A DNA stretch of 32,000 nucleotides from Candidatus Thorarchaeota archaeon (lineage in GTDB: Archaea > Asgardarchaeota > Thorarchaeia > Thorarchaeales > Thorarchaeaceae): positions 1 to 32,000 of the forward strand of contig SHMX01000008.1 of NCBI GenBank assembly GCA_008080745.1, given 5' to 3'. How positions within the stretch are numbered: the stretch's first letter is position 1; each line of letters starts with the position of its first letter. The notes under the pieces are model-generated. The model did not search any database. It saw only the letters and a list, made by a program, of their open reading frames with translations, and was not told the origin of the DNA. Positions 17,900 through 27,487 of the stretch are shown piece by piece. Both the position numbers and the translations under genes were made by a program.

Positions 17900-19117
17900 A
17901 TGATACGTCAATGGATTTCTAGTAGAAGAGATATCTTGGCGATATACATATCCTTTGGATTTCAATCCACTGCCACCGCCATATCTTGGCAATTCATTAC
18001 GTATTTTGTTAAACACGATCTACAAGTTAGCAGTTTTCTTCTTATGACGCTGGTTTGGTCGGCTCCTGCAGTTGTTACGATGGTAGCATCAAATCTCTGG
18101 GGATCTGTTTCTGATAAGAAAGGCCGAAGAAAGCCTTTCATGATTATGGGTTTTGTTGGATATGCGGCTACCTATTTGATGTATTCATTCATTCAAGATT
18201 GGTTGCAATTCCTATTTGTATCCTTAGTGGGTTCATTTTTCTATGCTGCAGCACTGCCCATTGGTCAGGCATACCTTACGACTGATACAAAAAGCAAAGG
18301 TGAACGTCTTGGAAGTTTCCTTATGGCCCAGAGTGCTGGCTGGTTTATTGGGGCTTTGGGAAGTGGATACACTTACGACTTCCTTGGGATGTTCATGCTA
18401 TATAGAATTGCAGGATTCCTTTCAATCGGGGCAGTACTTCTCTGTATCATTTTTGTTCGTGATATTCATGTAACGCCCAGTATTGAAGTGGATGAACCCG
18501 ACAAACTGACCATTCTAAAAAAACCCGGTATGAAACGTTTAGTGGGTTCTATCACCCTTTCCAGTATTGGGATAAATTCTCTGACCTTCGTACTCGCAAT
18601 TCTAATCGTCGATGAACTCAAAGGTAATCCTGCACATGTTGGGTTGGCAAATTCATTAGCTACCTTCTTTGCAGTACTGATTGCAAGTCGAATTGGACGG
18701 GCTGTTGATCAGAAAGGACCTATCAATATTCTCCTAGTTGGTTATTCATTGTACATGATTATTGCATTTATTTTTGCTACAACAACAGACCCAATGATAG
18801 CTACTTTGTCGCAAGCTATACCTGTGTATCCATTTGTATCTACAGCTGCATATTCAATGGCAGCCATGATATCAGGAAAATCAGAAAGAGGAAGAGCGAT
18901 GGGTGTAATTGTAGGTGGTCAGAATGCTGGAAATGCCATCGGACCAATTATAGGAGGACTATTTGCTGAATATATTTTTGGCAGAGTTCAACCAATTGCT
19001 TGGATATACCTTCTGTTGAACTTTATCGCATTATTACTAGCTCTGAGCCTCATTACAATAAGCAAGGAGCTCCATGAAAATGAAAAAGCTGATGAAGCAG
19101 TTGAGATGGGGCTCTAG
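17900..19117 (+). CDS. MFS transporter
   Basis: About 12 TM helices; WGSVSDKKGRRK and GRAVDQKGP MFS motif A copies. Confidence 0.9.
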   Translation: MIRQWISSRRDILAIYISFGFQSTATAISWQFITYFVKHDLQVSSFLLMTLVWSAPAVVTMVASNLWGSVSDKKGRRKPFMIMGFVGYAATYLMYSFIQDWLQFLFVSLVGSFFYAAALPIGQAYLTTDTKSKGERLGSFLMAQSAGWFIGALGSGYTYDFLGMFMLYRIAGFLSIGAVLLCIIFVRDIHVTPSIEVDEPDKLTILKKPGMKRLVGSITLSSIGINSLTFVLAILIVDELKGNPAHVGLANSLATFFAVLIASRIGRAVDQKGPINILLVGYSLYMIIAFIFATTTDPMIATLSQAIPVYPFVSTAAYSMAAMISGKSERGRAMGVIVGGQNAGNAIGPIIGGLFAEYIFGRVQPIAWIYLLLNFIALLLALSLITISKELHENEKADEAVEMGL

Positions 19118-19129
19118 TTCCCCAGAGCC
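19109..19129. terminator. Hairpin between convergent MFS and amidohydrolase genes
   Basis: GGGCTCT-N7-AGAGCCC. Confidence 0.4.
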
Positions 19130-19138
19130 CAAAGTCGT

Positions 19139-20332
19139 CTATTTCTCAAGTTCGATTTCAATACCATCAATGAAGACTTGTTCAACCTTGCTATAGAAAT
19201 CAAATGGATGTCCTGACCAGACCACAATGTCTGCATCCTTTCCCTTCTCAAGAGAGCCAATCCTTTTCTCCAGTCCAAGAATCTCTGCAGGGTTCATAGT
19301 GATACACTTCAATGCATCCTCTCGACTCATTCCATGCTTAATAGCATACATTGGCAGTAGTGGAAAGAAGTTCATTGGAGTTATAGAGTCTGTCTGGAGA
19401 GCAACCTTTACACCAGCTTTGTTCAAGATTACAGGTGTATCAAAACCCTTCTCTATTGTTTCAGGTTTTGTAGTCCAGTGGATAGTGGGTCCTATTACTG
19501 CAGGATACCCTTTTTCACCAAGAAAATCTGCTATTTTATGACCTTCTGTGCAATGTATCAATACCACATTGATGCCAAATTCTTCAGCAATTCTAACCAC
19601 GGTCGATATATCATCAGCTCGATGAGCATGAGCATGAAGAGGAATTTCTCTTTTGAGAACCTGCGCAACAACTTCCATTCCCATGTTCGTCTTGGGTCTC
19701 TGTGGTGAGGGCTCCCCTTCTTCTTTCGCTTTTCGAGCTTTTGCTCCATAAGCTCTCCATTCTTCAAGATAGTCCTGTGCTTCTATCAGTGTTTTCCTCA
19801 ATATAGAGGCTACACCCATTCTAGTCGAGGGAGTCTTCTTCTCTGTTCCATAAACTCGCTTTGGATTCTCTCCAAAGGCAACCTTGAGTCCAGTAGGTTC
19901 TAGAACTACCATTTGGTCAACAACCGCAGACCCATTGGGTTTGAATGCAAAGGCCAATCCACCGATTACGTTTGCTGAACCGGGTCCTGTATTTACACAG
20001 GTGACACCACCTTTTACAACTTCTTTCAATGAGGGTTCAGCAGGATTGAAACTATCTACTCCTCGTAGTTCTGGCGTTACTGGATTTGTAGCTTCATTTC
20101 CATCCATACCCGCATTTCCGATACTTCCATCAAACAATCCCTGATGAGCATGAGCATCAACGAATCCGGGGAGAACATATTTGCCCTCCACATCAATTGT
20201 TTCTGCGTTAGATGGAATCTTTATCCCTTTTCCTATGTCATGGATTTTCTTCTCATCAAAGACGATGGTGCCCTCTTTGATTAATCCAAGGACCGGACAT
20301 AATATTGTAGCATTAGTGATTGCTTTCAACAT
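19139..20332 (-). CDS. Metal-dependent amidohydrolase (imidazolonepropionase-like family)
   Basis: PGFVDAHAH, LKVAFGENPK, HAH, HCTEG, QTD and GSLEKGKDADIVVW. Confidence 0.9.
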   Translation of the reverse strand: MLKAITNATILCPVLGLIKEGTIVFDEKKIHDIGKGIKIPSNAETIDVEGKYVLPGFVDAHAHQGLFDGSIGNAGMDGNEATNPVTPELRGVDSFNPAEPSLKEVVKGGVTCVNTGPGSANVIGGLAFAFKPNGSAVVDQMVVLEPTGLKVAFGENPKRVYGTEKKTPSTRMGVASILRKTLIEAQDYLEEWRAYGAKARKAKEEGEPSPQRPKTNMGMEVVAQVLKREIPLHAHAHRADDISTVVRIAEEFGINVVLIHCTEGHKIADFLGEKGYPAVIGPTIHWTTKPETIEKGFDTPVILNKAGVKVALQTDSITPMNFFPLLPMYAIKHGMSREDALKCITMNPAEILGLEKRIGSLEKGKDADIVVWSGHPFDFYSKVEQVFIDGIEIELEK

Positions 20333-20387
20333 ACTACCTCAAAGATAGGATTACGTTGCCAACCTAAATGTTTTCGGAAAGGTTTCA

Positions 20388-21041
20388 TCACACAGTATTG
20401 GAGCTATTTTTGAAGAGAACTAGACTTCTTTGAGCTAATCTGGATGTCTGATCGATAGCCTCCATTATTGTCAAATCTATCGCTTCAGCTTGAGTGAGAA
20501 TCCTAGCGCCCCTATCAACACTATAGAGTTTCCTGAGAAATTTAAGATGTGCGTGCTCCGAATCATGTTGGACTTTCATGACATCCTTAAGTGCATCTGA
20601 TGCAGAACAGGATTCAGTTGGATCAACAATATTCTCAACTAACTGGAAGGCATGATCCAGAGATTCTAGCAGATTGTTAAGATGTTCATTTATCCAGTCT
20701 TCTAACATTACAAGTCCCAACCGATGTCCTAGCTTGTTTAATAACCGGATAATTAAATCGTAACTCGAAATGAATAGCTGCAATTCACGAGGATTAAGTC
20801 CATCTGTCTTATTGGTTATTACTCTTTGATGAAGTACAATCGAATGATAGTCGTTTCTCTCATCAAATTGCGCTAACATTTTATCGACTTCAGGAGCAAC
20901 AGGCCCGGATTCTATAGCCACTACCCATTGAATTTGTTCTCTTATGCTCGCAAGAACTTTTGAAATCAAAAGAGTGATATCCTCTTCTAGATCCAAATCT
21001 TCGTTTCGGGACAAGTTGTATCTTTCTCCGTAGTCATTCAC
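20388..21041 (-). CDS. Helical-bundle protein, PhoU/DUF47-like
   Basis: Two repeated helical halves with E/D-rich ends; weak pattern only. Confidence 0.45.
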   Translation of the reverse strand: MNDYGERYNLSRNEDLDLEEDITLLISKVLASIREQIQWVVAIESGPVAPEVDKMLAQFDERNDYHSIVLHQRVITNKTDGLNPRELQLFISSYDLIIRLLNKLGHRLGLVMLEDWINEHLNNLLESLDHAFQLVENIVDPTESCSASDALKDVMKVQHDSEHAHLKFLRKLYSVDRGARILTQAEAIDLTIMEAIDQTSRLAQRSLVLFKNSSNTV

Positions 21042-21098
21042 TCACAATATATATGAGTTGTAATATAATTTTGATTATTGCAGATTCTTATCCCATTC

Positions 21099-21137
21099 AA
21101 AAGGAAAAGAAAAAGGAAAAAGCCCCCCAAGGGGCTT
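21099..21137 (-). terminator. Intrinsic-terminator-like hairpin plus U-tract after gap
   Basis: AAGCCCC-CCAA-GGGGCTT followed on the minus strand by a long T/C-rich tract. Confidence 0.7.
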
Positions 21138-21144
21138 AAATTTT

Positions 21145-22146
21145 CTACAGTTTCTTTGCAACTAGAGCGGTTAGGTCTGCAAGCCGATAAGAGTATCCAG
21201 CTTCATTGTCATACCAGCCCAGAACTTTCACCATATCGTCCTGGATATTTGTAACAAGCGAGTCATAGATACAGGAGTGTGGATTTCCAATATAGTCAGA
21301 TGAAACAAGAGGTTCATCCGCATATTGTAGATATCCCTTCATCTCCCCATCAGCGGCCTTCTTGAAAGCTTCATTAATCTCATCTACGCTAGCTTTCCTC
21401 TCTAGATTCGCTACCAGATCCACAACACTGACATCCATCACTGGAACTCTAATTGCCATTCCATCCAACTTACCAATCATTGCTGGATAGACTAGCCCAA
21501 TTGCCTTTGCAGCACCTGTAGTTGTTGGAATAATGTTCCAGCAAGCCGCACGAGCTCTTCTTAGATCTCCGTGTTGTAGGTCTAATATTCTCTGGTCATT
21601 AGTAACTGCGTGGATTGTAGTCATAAGCCCTTTCTGAATACCAAATGATTTGTCTAGTACCTTTACAAGTGGAGCTAGACAATTTGTGGTGCAGGAGGCG
21701 TTAGAGATAATGTGATGTTTTTCGGGGTCATATTCGTCTTCATTGACTCCAAGAACAACAGTAAACATATCCCCTTTTCCAGGAGCACTAACGAGTACCT
21801 TCCGAGCTCCTGCAGCAATATGCTTTGAAGCATCTTCTGGTTTTCTAAAGAGTCCTGTTGATTCAATAATAATGTCTACATCCATTTCCTTCCAAGGAAG
21901 CTTTGCAGGATCTCTTTCTTGAAGAACCTTGATTTTATCATCGTTTACTTTCATGTATTCTCCTTCGACCTTAACAGTGCCATCAAACTTACCCATAATT
22001 GTATCATACTTTAGCAAATGAGCAAGAGTTTCTGCATCGGTCAAGTCATTGATTGCTATGATTTCAAAATCTTTCATATCATGAGCAGCGCGTAGATATG
22101 TACGCCCTATTCTTCCAAATCCATTGATTGCCACTTTAACAGTCAT
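21145..22146 (-). CDS. gap: Glyceraldehyde-3-phosphate dehydrogenase, class I (bacterial type)
   Basis: AINGFGRIGR, ASCTTNCLAP, IIPTTTGAAKA, RVP and WYDNE. Confidence 0.95.
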   Translation of the reverse strand: MTVKVAINGFGRIGRTYLRAAHDMKDFEIIAINDLTDAETLAHLLKYDTIMGKFDGTVKVEGEYMKVNDDKIKVLQERDPAKLPWKEMDVDIIIESTGLFRKPEDASKHIAAGARKVLVSAPGKGDMFTVVLGVNEDEYDPEKHHIISNASCTTNCLAPLVKVLDKSFGIQKGLMTTIHAVTNDQRILDLQHGDLRRARAACWNIIPTTTGAAKAIGLVYPAMIGKLDGMAIRVPVMDVSVVDLVANLERKASVDEINEAFKKAADGEMKGYLQYADEPLVSSDYIGNPHSCIYDSLVTNIQDDMVKVLGWYDNEAGYSYRLADLTALVAKKL

Positions 22147-22424
22147 GAGTTGCACCTGCGAGAATAATTCCCTGATTTAATTTCGCATGATGCTATGCTA
22201 TATTTCTTGTGTATCATGTTTCTACATAATTTTTTCTTGCCAATTGGTGTGATAAAACATCTTCATAACACCTTACTCCGACTAAATAAGCTGGAGTAAG
22301 CAATAGTTCAATTTTAGCTACTAAAATGAATGAATCCATAAGGTTCATAGAAATCTCATATGCAACAAATGAGGGAACGGAGGTGATTTTAGGAACGTAT
22401 GTTTTGTATATTTTGTGTTTGATA

Positions 22425-23765
22425 ATGGAATCAGTAATGAACTATCTTGATGATCATCTTAATACTGCAATAGAGGATGTAATCCGACTCTGTCGATATG
22501 CAACAGTCGCTGCAAAAGAACAAGACATTGTAGAAACAGCGGATGTTGTGAAAGGAATGCTAGACGAATTGGGTCTTGAAACCACTCTTCATGAAACAAG
22601 TGGTGCCCCCGTCATAACTGCATGGATGGATAACGGAGCAGATCGAACACTTCTATTTTATGATCACTATGATGTTCAACCTGCTGAACCCTTTGATCTC
22701 TGGGATAGTCCTCCCTTTGAGCCTGAAATTCGTGATGGACGTATTTATGGGCGAGGAACTTGTGACAACAAGGGTGATTTTGTGTCACGAGTCTGGGCAG
22801 TTAAGGCATTTCTAAAGACCAATACTGATATCCCTGTAAACATCAAATTTATTGTTGAGGGGGAAGAAGAGATTGGCTCACCTAATCTTCATGAATTCAT
22901 CGAAAAGAATAAGGAATTTGTAAAAGCCGATGCTGGCATCTGGGAGTTTGGAGCATCTGATGCTAATGGTATTCAGGAGGCCTGGCTGGGATTGAAGGGT
23001 CTTCTTTACGTTCAGTTAGAAGTTGAGAAGTTGTCTCATGATGCTCATTCTTCATATGCCTGTATTTTACCATCTGCTCCCTATCGATTAGTCGACGCTT
23101 TGATGTCACTAAGACGACCTGATGGTAATATTTCAATTGATGGATTCTATGAGGATGTTCAGCCACTCTCCGAAAAGGATGAAGAAGCCATCTCAAAGAT
23201 TGATCTCAGTGAAGAAAAAATAAAGGATTTCTATGGGATTTTCGAGTTTGTCAATGGTTTATCTGGCTCTCAATTGAAGCAGGCATTCTACAATGCTCCC
23301 ACCTGTAATATCTGTGGAATCACTACCGGTTATCAGGAAGAAGGTTCTAAGACAGTCCTGCCTGCAAAAGCATCTGCAAAGATTGACTTTCGTCTTGTAG
23401 TAAATCAAGATCCTGATGATCTAATTAGAAAACTAAGGGCGCACCTTGACGAATTTGGATTCAAGGATGTCGAGATTGCTTGGTCCGAAGGATATCCGGC
23501 AGCAAGAACCCCTGTTGATCATCCTTTTGTTGAGGTCGTGCAGAAAGCGAATCGGGAAATCTATGGTCATGATATCACTATTCATCCAACCAATCCTGGC
23601 TCTGGTCCTCTATATCTATTCGATGAATATGTACCTATGGTATCTATTGGTGTTGCAGACTTTTATTCGAGAGCCCACGCACCAAATGAAAGTATCTTGG
23701 TAGAGAACTTCCATCTTGGAATGAAAAGAATGGCAGCTATCATGAATGAAATGAAGGACTGGTAA
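22425..23765 (+). CDS. M20 family metallopeptidase/deacylase
   Basis: YDHYDVQP, GRGTCDNKG, EGEEEIGS, HSS and AHAPNE. Start at 22425 or 22437. Confidence 0.9.
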   Translation: MESVMNYLDDHLNTAIEDVIRLCRYATVAAKEQDIVETADVVKGMLDELGLETTLHETSGAPVITAWMDNGADRTLLFYDHYDVQPAEPFDLWDSPPFEPEIRDGRIYGRGTCDNKGDFVSRVWAVKAFLKTNTDIPVNIKFIVEGEEEIGSPNLHEFIEKNKEFVKADAGIWEFGASDANGIQEAWLGLKGLLYVQLEVEKLSHDAHSSYACILPSAPYRLVDALMSLRRPDGNISIDGFYEDVQPLSEKDEEAISKIDLSEEKIKDFYGIFEFVNGLSGSQLKQAFYNAPTCNICGITTGYQEEGSKTVLPAKASAKIDFRLVVNQDPDDLIRKLRAHLDEFGFKDVEIAWSEGYPAARTPVDHPFVEVVQKANREIYGHDITIHPTNPGSGPLYLFDEYVPMVSIGVADFYSRAHAPNESILVENFHLGMKRMAAIMNEMKDW

Positions 23766-23783
23766 TAAGAGAATATTACGGAT

Positions 23784-24131
23784 TTACCAGACCATGGGCA
23801 CAAAGCCCCGGTTAATGTAGTCTGCAATGATTGTACCAACATACTCCACACGAACACCGATCTTCGATGTCATCTCCGAGAGGTCATCACGGTCTGATAT
23901 GTATTTGCAGGCTACCGGTTCCACCATCGTTACCATTGAATCCACCTCAGATGCAATCTCGGCATCGTCAACTAATACCCGTTGAGCTGGTCCAAAGAAT
24001 ACTACTCTAACCTTTCCCATCCACTCGTATTTGTGAGTGTTACGGGCATACATCAGGGCAGTTAGAATTTTCTCTCTATCTGACGATGATATTATCACAA
24101 GTAGGTCTTTCTTATCCGTCATTAGAATCAA
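23784..24131 (-). CDS. DsrE-like protein
   Basis: VRVVFFGPAQ and VAC motifs in a 115-aa protein. Confidence 0.7.
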   Translation of the reverse strand: MILMTDKKDLLVIISSSDREKILTALMYARNTHKYEWMGKVRVVFFGPAQRVLVDDAEIASEVDSMVTMVEPVACKYISDRDDLSEMTSKIGVRVEYVGTIIADYINRGFVPMVW

Positions 24132-24166
24132 GGTAAAAATGAGCTTCTTCTCTTAAATGTGTGGAT

Positions 24167-24197
24167 GAAAAAGAAATAGGGGAGTAGTCTCCCCTAT
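24167..24197 (-). terminator. Intrinsic-terminator-like hairpin after the DUF4139 pair
   Basis: Perfect 9-bp stem ATAGGGGAG-TAGT-CTCCCCTAT (24176-24197) followed on the minus strand by TTCTTTTTC. Confidence 0.7.
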
Positions 24198-24205
24198 GTC
24201 AGATT

Positions 24206-25813
24206 TTATGGCAATGGTGGACGAATAATAATGTCCTTTTCCCACTCAACTATGTATTCGTACTCGATTGTCTTTTCTTTCTCAGGATCAACATTGATTT
24301 CCCACTCAAGAACACCAAGTTCGAACTTCTTGTAAGGTATTGTTGGTGGAGGGGCCTCAACATTGATTTTCTCGGAATTGCTATGGGGAATTCTATCCAC
24401 AATCTTAATTTCGATTGGCTGTTTAGCGAAACTCTTGACTTCTATCTTATACTTATACTGACGCTTATTCTTACCCCTAGTGAAGCCAGCCTTTTCAGTT
24501 TCTTTGTCAACTAGAGTCTTTTCGGCCTTTATATCATATGCAATTCGTGTTCCAAGTCTGAATTTCTCACGTGGTGATTTCATATCAATTGTAGTTTCAC
24601 CCAGAAAATCGCCTTGGTTATACACCTTTACTTTACCCGGTAAGAGTACTGCATCTGAATTGGTAATTTCATCTTGTGCAACAACTTCTGTCATAGCATA
24701 AGCGTTCCAGAAATGCAATCTTCTTGACTCGAACTCTTCTTCTGTTAAAGTGACAGGGTGGGTCTCATTATCAAAAATGATAGTGATTTTACCTGGTACT
24801 TCATACATAACAGTGCCACTAAGGCTTTCCTTGACAGAAGCAGTCCGTTCTTCCATCGGTACGAAATCCATTTCTTTATCCATATCTCTAGCAAATACCA
24901 TCTCTTCTTCGGTTTCCATCATGTCATCCATTCTGGCGGCTCCCCCGCCTGCTGCACCCCCAGGTCCACCGAAACTTCCAATGAACCCACTGATATCTGC
25001 TTTCACTGTGTCAACGTAGTAGGGGCTTGGTTTGACTGCTGCGACAGGTTTTGCCGATGCTGTTGAAACTGTTAGAGATACATCTTTCCAATCCTCATGC
25101 GAGGAGTTTCTGATGAGTGCAATTCGCTTTACATGAGCAGAGTTTTCTCCAATATCAATATCATAGGTTGGATTCCATCCCGCAGTATGAAGCTGATAGG
25201 AAACATCAAGGATTAGTTCAGTATCTTCTTTGACATCTACTAAGACTTTTACTTCTCGATATACTTTGACGCCGGATAGGTTTTGAGCATCATTCAACTT
25301 TGAGTGAAGGACTTGGAGTTGGTCATCTAATTCTTTTAGCTCCTCAGTGAGCTCTCTGATTCTTTTCTTGGTTTCACTAAGAAGTTTGACACTTGTTTCA
25401 TCCATCTTGGTGAGATTTTCAATTTTGCCCTCTCCTACAGCATACCATTTGCCAAACTCGCTGGCAAATTGCTTTGATATCGTAATAAGACGATCTTGGC
25501 GAGAGCGTTGATAATTCAGGTCATCTGTCACCTGTTCCTTCTTCATTTCTAGTTTCTCGATCTCTTCTTTGAGTTGTTCTATTTTTTCTTCATCTTGGGA
25601 TTTGACATACTCTTTCTTGACATCAATTCCCTTGAGAACTGCTTTTCCCTTTCCTTTGACTCTAAAGCTATCTTCATGTGCATTTTGTGTTATGCCACCA
25701 ACAAGGAGGGTGTGTTCACCTGGTTTAAGCTTCATACTACCTGATCTGGTAATTCTTGCTCCATCTCTGAATACTGTTACTTTTGAAACGTCTGTATTGA
25801 ATTCTTTAATCAT
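24206..25813 (-). CDS. DUF4140/DUF4139 (mucoidy inhibitor MuiA family) protein
   Basis: VTVFRDGA N-terminus, coiled coil, AGWNPTYD, EDW..VSLTVSTA and LLPGKVKVY. GGAGG overlaps the upstream stop, 7 nt before ATG 25813. Confidence 0.85.
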   Translation of the reverse strand: MIKEFNTDVSKVTVFRDGARITRSGSMKLKPGEHTLLVGGITQNAHEDSFRVKGKGKAVLKGIDVKKEYVKSQDEEKIEQLKEEIEKLEMKKEQVTDDLNYQRSRQDRLITISKQFASEFGKWYAVGEGKIENLTKMDETSVKLLSETKKRIRELTEELKELDDQLQVLHSKLNDAQNLSGVKVYREVKVLVDVKEDTELILDVSYQLHTAGWNPTYDIDIGENSAHVKRIALIRNSSHEDWKDVSLTVSTASAKPVAAVKPSPYYVDTVKADISGFIGSFGGPGGAAGGGAARMDDMMETEEEMVFARDMDKEMDFVPMEERTASVKESLSGTVMYEVPGKITIIFDNETHPVTLTEEEFESRRLHFWNAYAMTEVVAQDEITNSDAVLLPGKVKVYNQGDFLGETTIDMKSPREKFRLGTRIAYDIKAEKTLVDKETEKAGFTRGKNKRQYKYKIEVKSFAKQPIEIKIVDRIPHSNSEKINVEAPPPTIPYKKFELGVLEWEINVDPEKEKTIEYEYIVEWEKDIIIRPPLP

Positions 25814-25824
25814 TCTCATTCCTC

Positions 25825-27435
25825 CTATGGCAGTGGTGGTGTGATTACAACATCCTTTTCCCACTCAACCTCATATGAATATTCAATTTCTCGTTTTTCA
25901 CCTGATTCTATCTCGATCTCCCATTTCATAACACCGAGATCTTTACTCTCAACAGAAAGCTTGTCCCAATCTATTTTGACCTCAATTGCGGGGTTCAGAC
26001 TGTGTGGAATTCTATCTCGAATCTCAATAGTTATCTGTTGCTTGGAGAAGTTTTCGATTTCTAATCGGTATTTGTATCCTCTTCTGAGCTTACCTCTTGT
26101 GATTCCTGCTTTTTCCATGTCCTTATCTACCATCTTCTTAGTAGCCTTGACATCATAAGCTGTACGTGTACCAATTTTGAATTCCTCACGTGGAGAAATT
26201 AGATTAATGGAGGTTTCACCAATATAATCTCCATCAGCATAGACCTTCACTTTTCCTGGCAAGATAACATTGTCTCCATTTGTGACCTCATCTTGTGCAA
26301 CAACCTCCGCCATACCATCAGTGTACCAATAGTGAAGTGAGCGCGACTCTAGCTTTTCTTCCGTTAATGTTACTGGGTGTCTCTCCTCGTCATACGGAAT
26401 TGTAACAGGTTTGGGAAGTTCGTAATAGGTTATTCCCGATGCTCCTTCACTGCTTTCCGCGAACTCCTCTTCCATTGGTTCTGGTTCCGGAGCTGGAGCT
26501 GGGGGTGGGGCACTTGGCATAGATGCAACTGCCTTCATCTTTCTACCTCCGCCCCCCCTCTCTCTAGCTATTTTAGGTGCATGACGTGGTTTAGGTGGAT
26601 GATATACTGATATGATATATGGAGAGGCCTCTATAGCTTCAACAGGTCTCGCAGTAGCGGTTGATACTACAAGATTTACTTTTTCCCAATCTTCACGAGT
26701 TCGGTTTCTAATCATTGCTATTCGTCGTAAGTTGGCTTCTCCCGGAAGTAGATCCACATCGTAATTTGGAGTCCAACCGGTGCCATTACACTGATAGGTA
26801 GTTTCAAGAACCACATCTCCCTTCTCTACCATTTCAAGGGATACTTCAACCTCGTAATAGACTTCAGTTCTACGGTCAGATTCAATAGATCCAATATTCC
26901 CTCTAATTATTGTAATTTGTTCTTGAATATCCTTGAGCTTCTCTCTCAGTTCTCTGATCTTTTTGGTTGTTTCTTTGTTTATTTCTAAACTAGTACTGTC
27001 TAATTCAGTCAATTGAGAGATATCCGCTTCATTTGCCGCATAGACCATTCCAAAATGCTCTGAAAATTCTTTTACCATTTGGTCCATATTTGTCAGTCTA
27101 GCTGTATGAATCTCAAGCTCATCAGAAACTGTTTCATATTCCTTCTGTAAGTCATCGAGTTTCTTTTTTAGCTTTTCAACCTCTTCTTTGGGTTTGAATA
27201 TTCTCTCTTTGCGACTAACATCAATACTTGCGAGTGAAGCTGGGCCGCTCCCTTTCACTCTAAAACTGTCCTCTTGAGCTAAATCGGTAATGTTTGATAT
27301 GACCACTTTCTGTGGTCCTTTCTCAAGAGTTGCTTTGCCGGTTCGTATAACTCGAGCACCATCGCGAAAAACCGTTACTTGAGTTATCGTTGTTTGCATT
27401 TCCAATTTGGCAATCTCCCGATGTGAATCAAACAC
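25825..27435 (-). CDS. DUF4140/DUF4139 (MuiA family) protein, tandem paralog
   Basis: Same motifs as the neighbour plus a Pro-rich linker; start uncertain (27399-27435). Confidence 0.85.
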   Translation of the reverse strand: MFDSHREIAKLEMQTTITQVTVFRDGARVIRTGKATLEKGPQKVVISNITDLAQEDSFRVKGSGPASLASIDVSRKERIFKPKEEVEKLKKKLDDLQKEYETVSDELEIHTARLTNMDQMVKEFSEHFGMVYAANEADISQLTELDSTSLEINKETTKKIRELREKLKDIQEQITIIRGNIGSIESDRRTEVYYEVEVSLEMVEKGDVVLETTYQCNGTGWTPNYDVDLLPGEANLRRIAMIRNRTREDWEKVNLVVSTATARPVEAIEASPYIISVYHPPKPRHAPKIARERGGGGRKMKAVASMPSAPPPAPAPEPEPMEEEFAESSEGASGITYYELPKPVTIPYDEERHPVTLTEEKLESRSLHYWYTDGMAEVVAQDEVTNGDNVILPGKVKVYADGDYIGETSINLISPREEFKIGTRTAYDVKATKKMVDKDMEKAGITRGKLRRGYKYRLEIENFSKQQITIEIRDRIPHSLNPAIEVKIDWDKLSVESKDLGVMKWEIEIESGEKREIEYSYEVEWEKDVVITPPLP

Positions 27436-27487
27436 GAACCCATTTATTCTTTGAGTGTTTTGTTTTTAGCCATAATTTTCAGTAATT

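Noticed and set aside
24176-24197. yybP-ykoY riboswitch (AGGGGAGTAG)
   Set aside because: The motif is one arm of a perfect hairpin with a U-tract at a gene 3' end; the rest of the aptamer is absent.
26480-26600. GC-rich repetitive stretch
   Set aside because: Encodes the Pro/Gly-rich linker of the DUF4139 protein.
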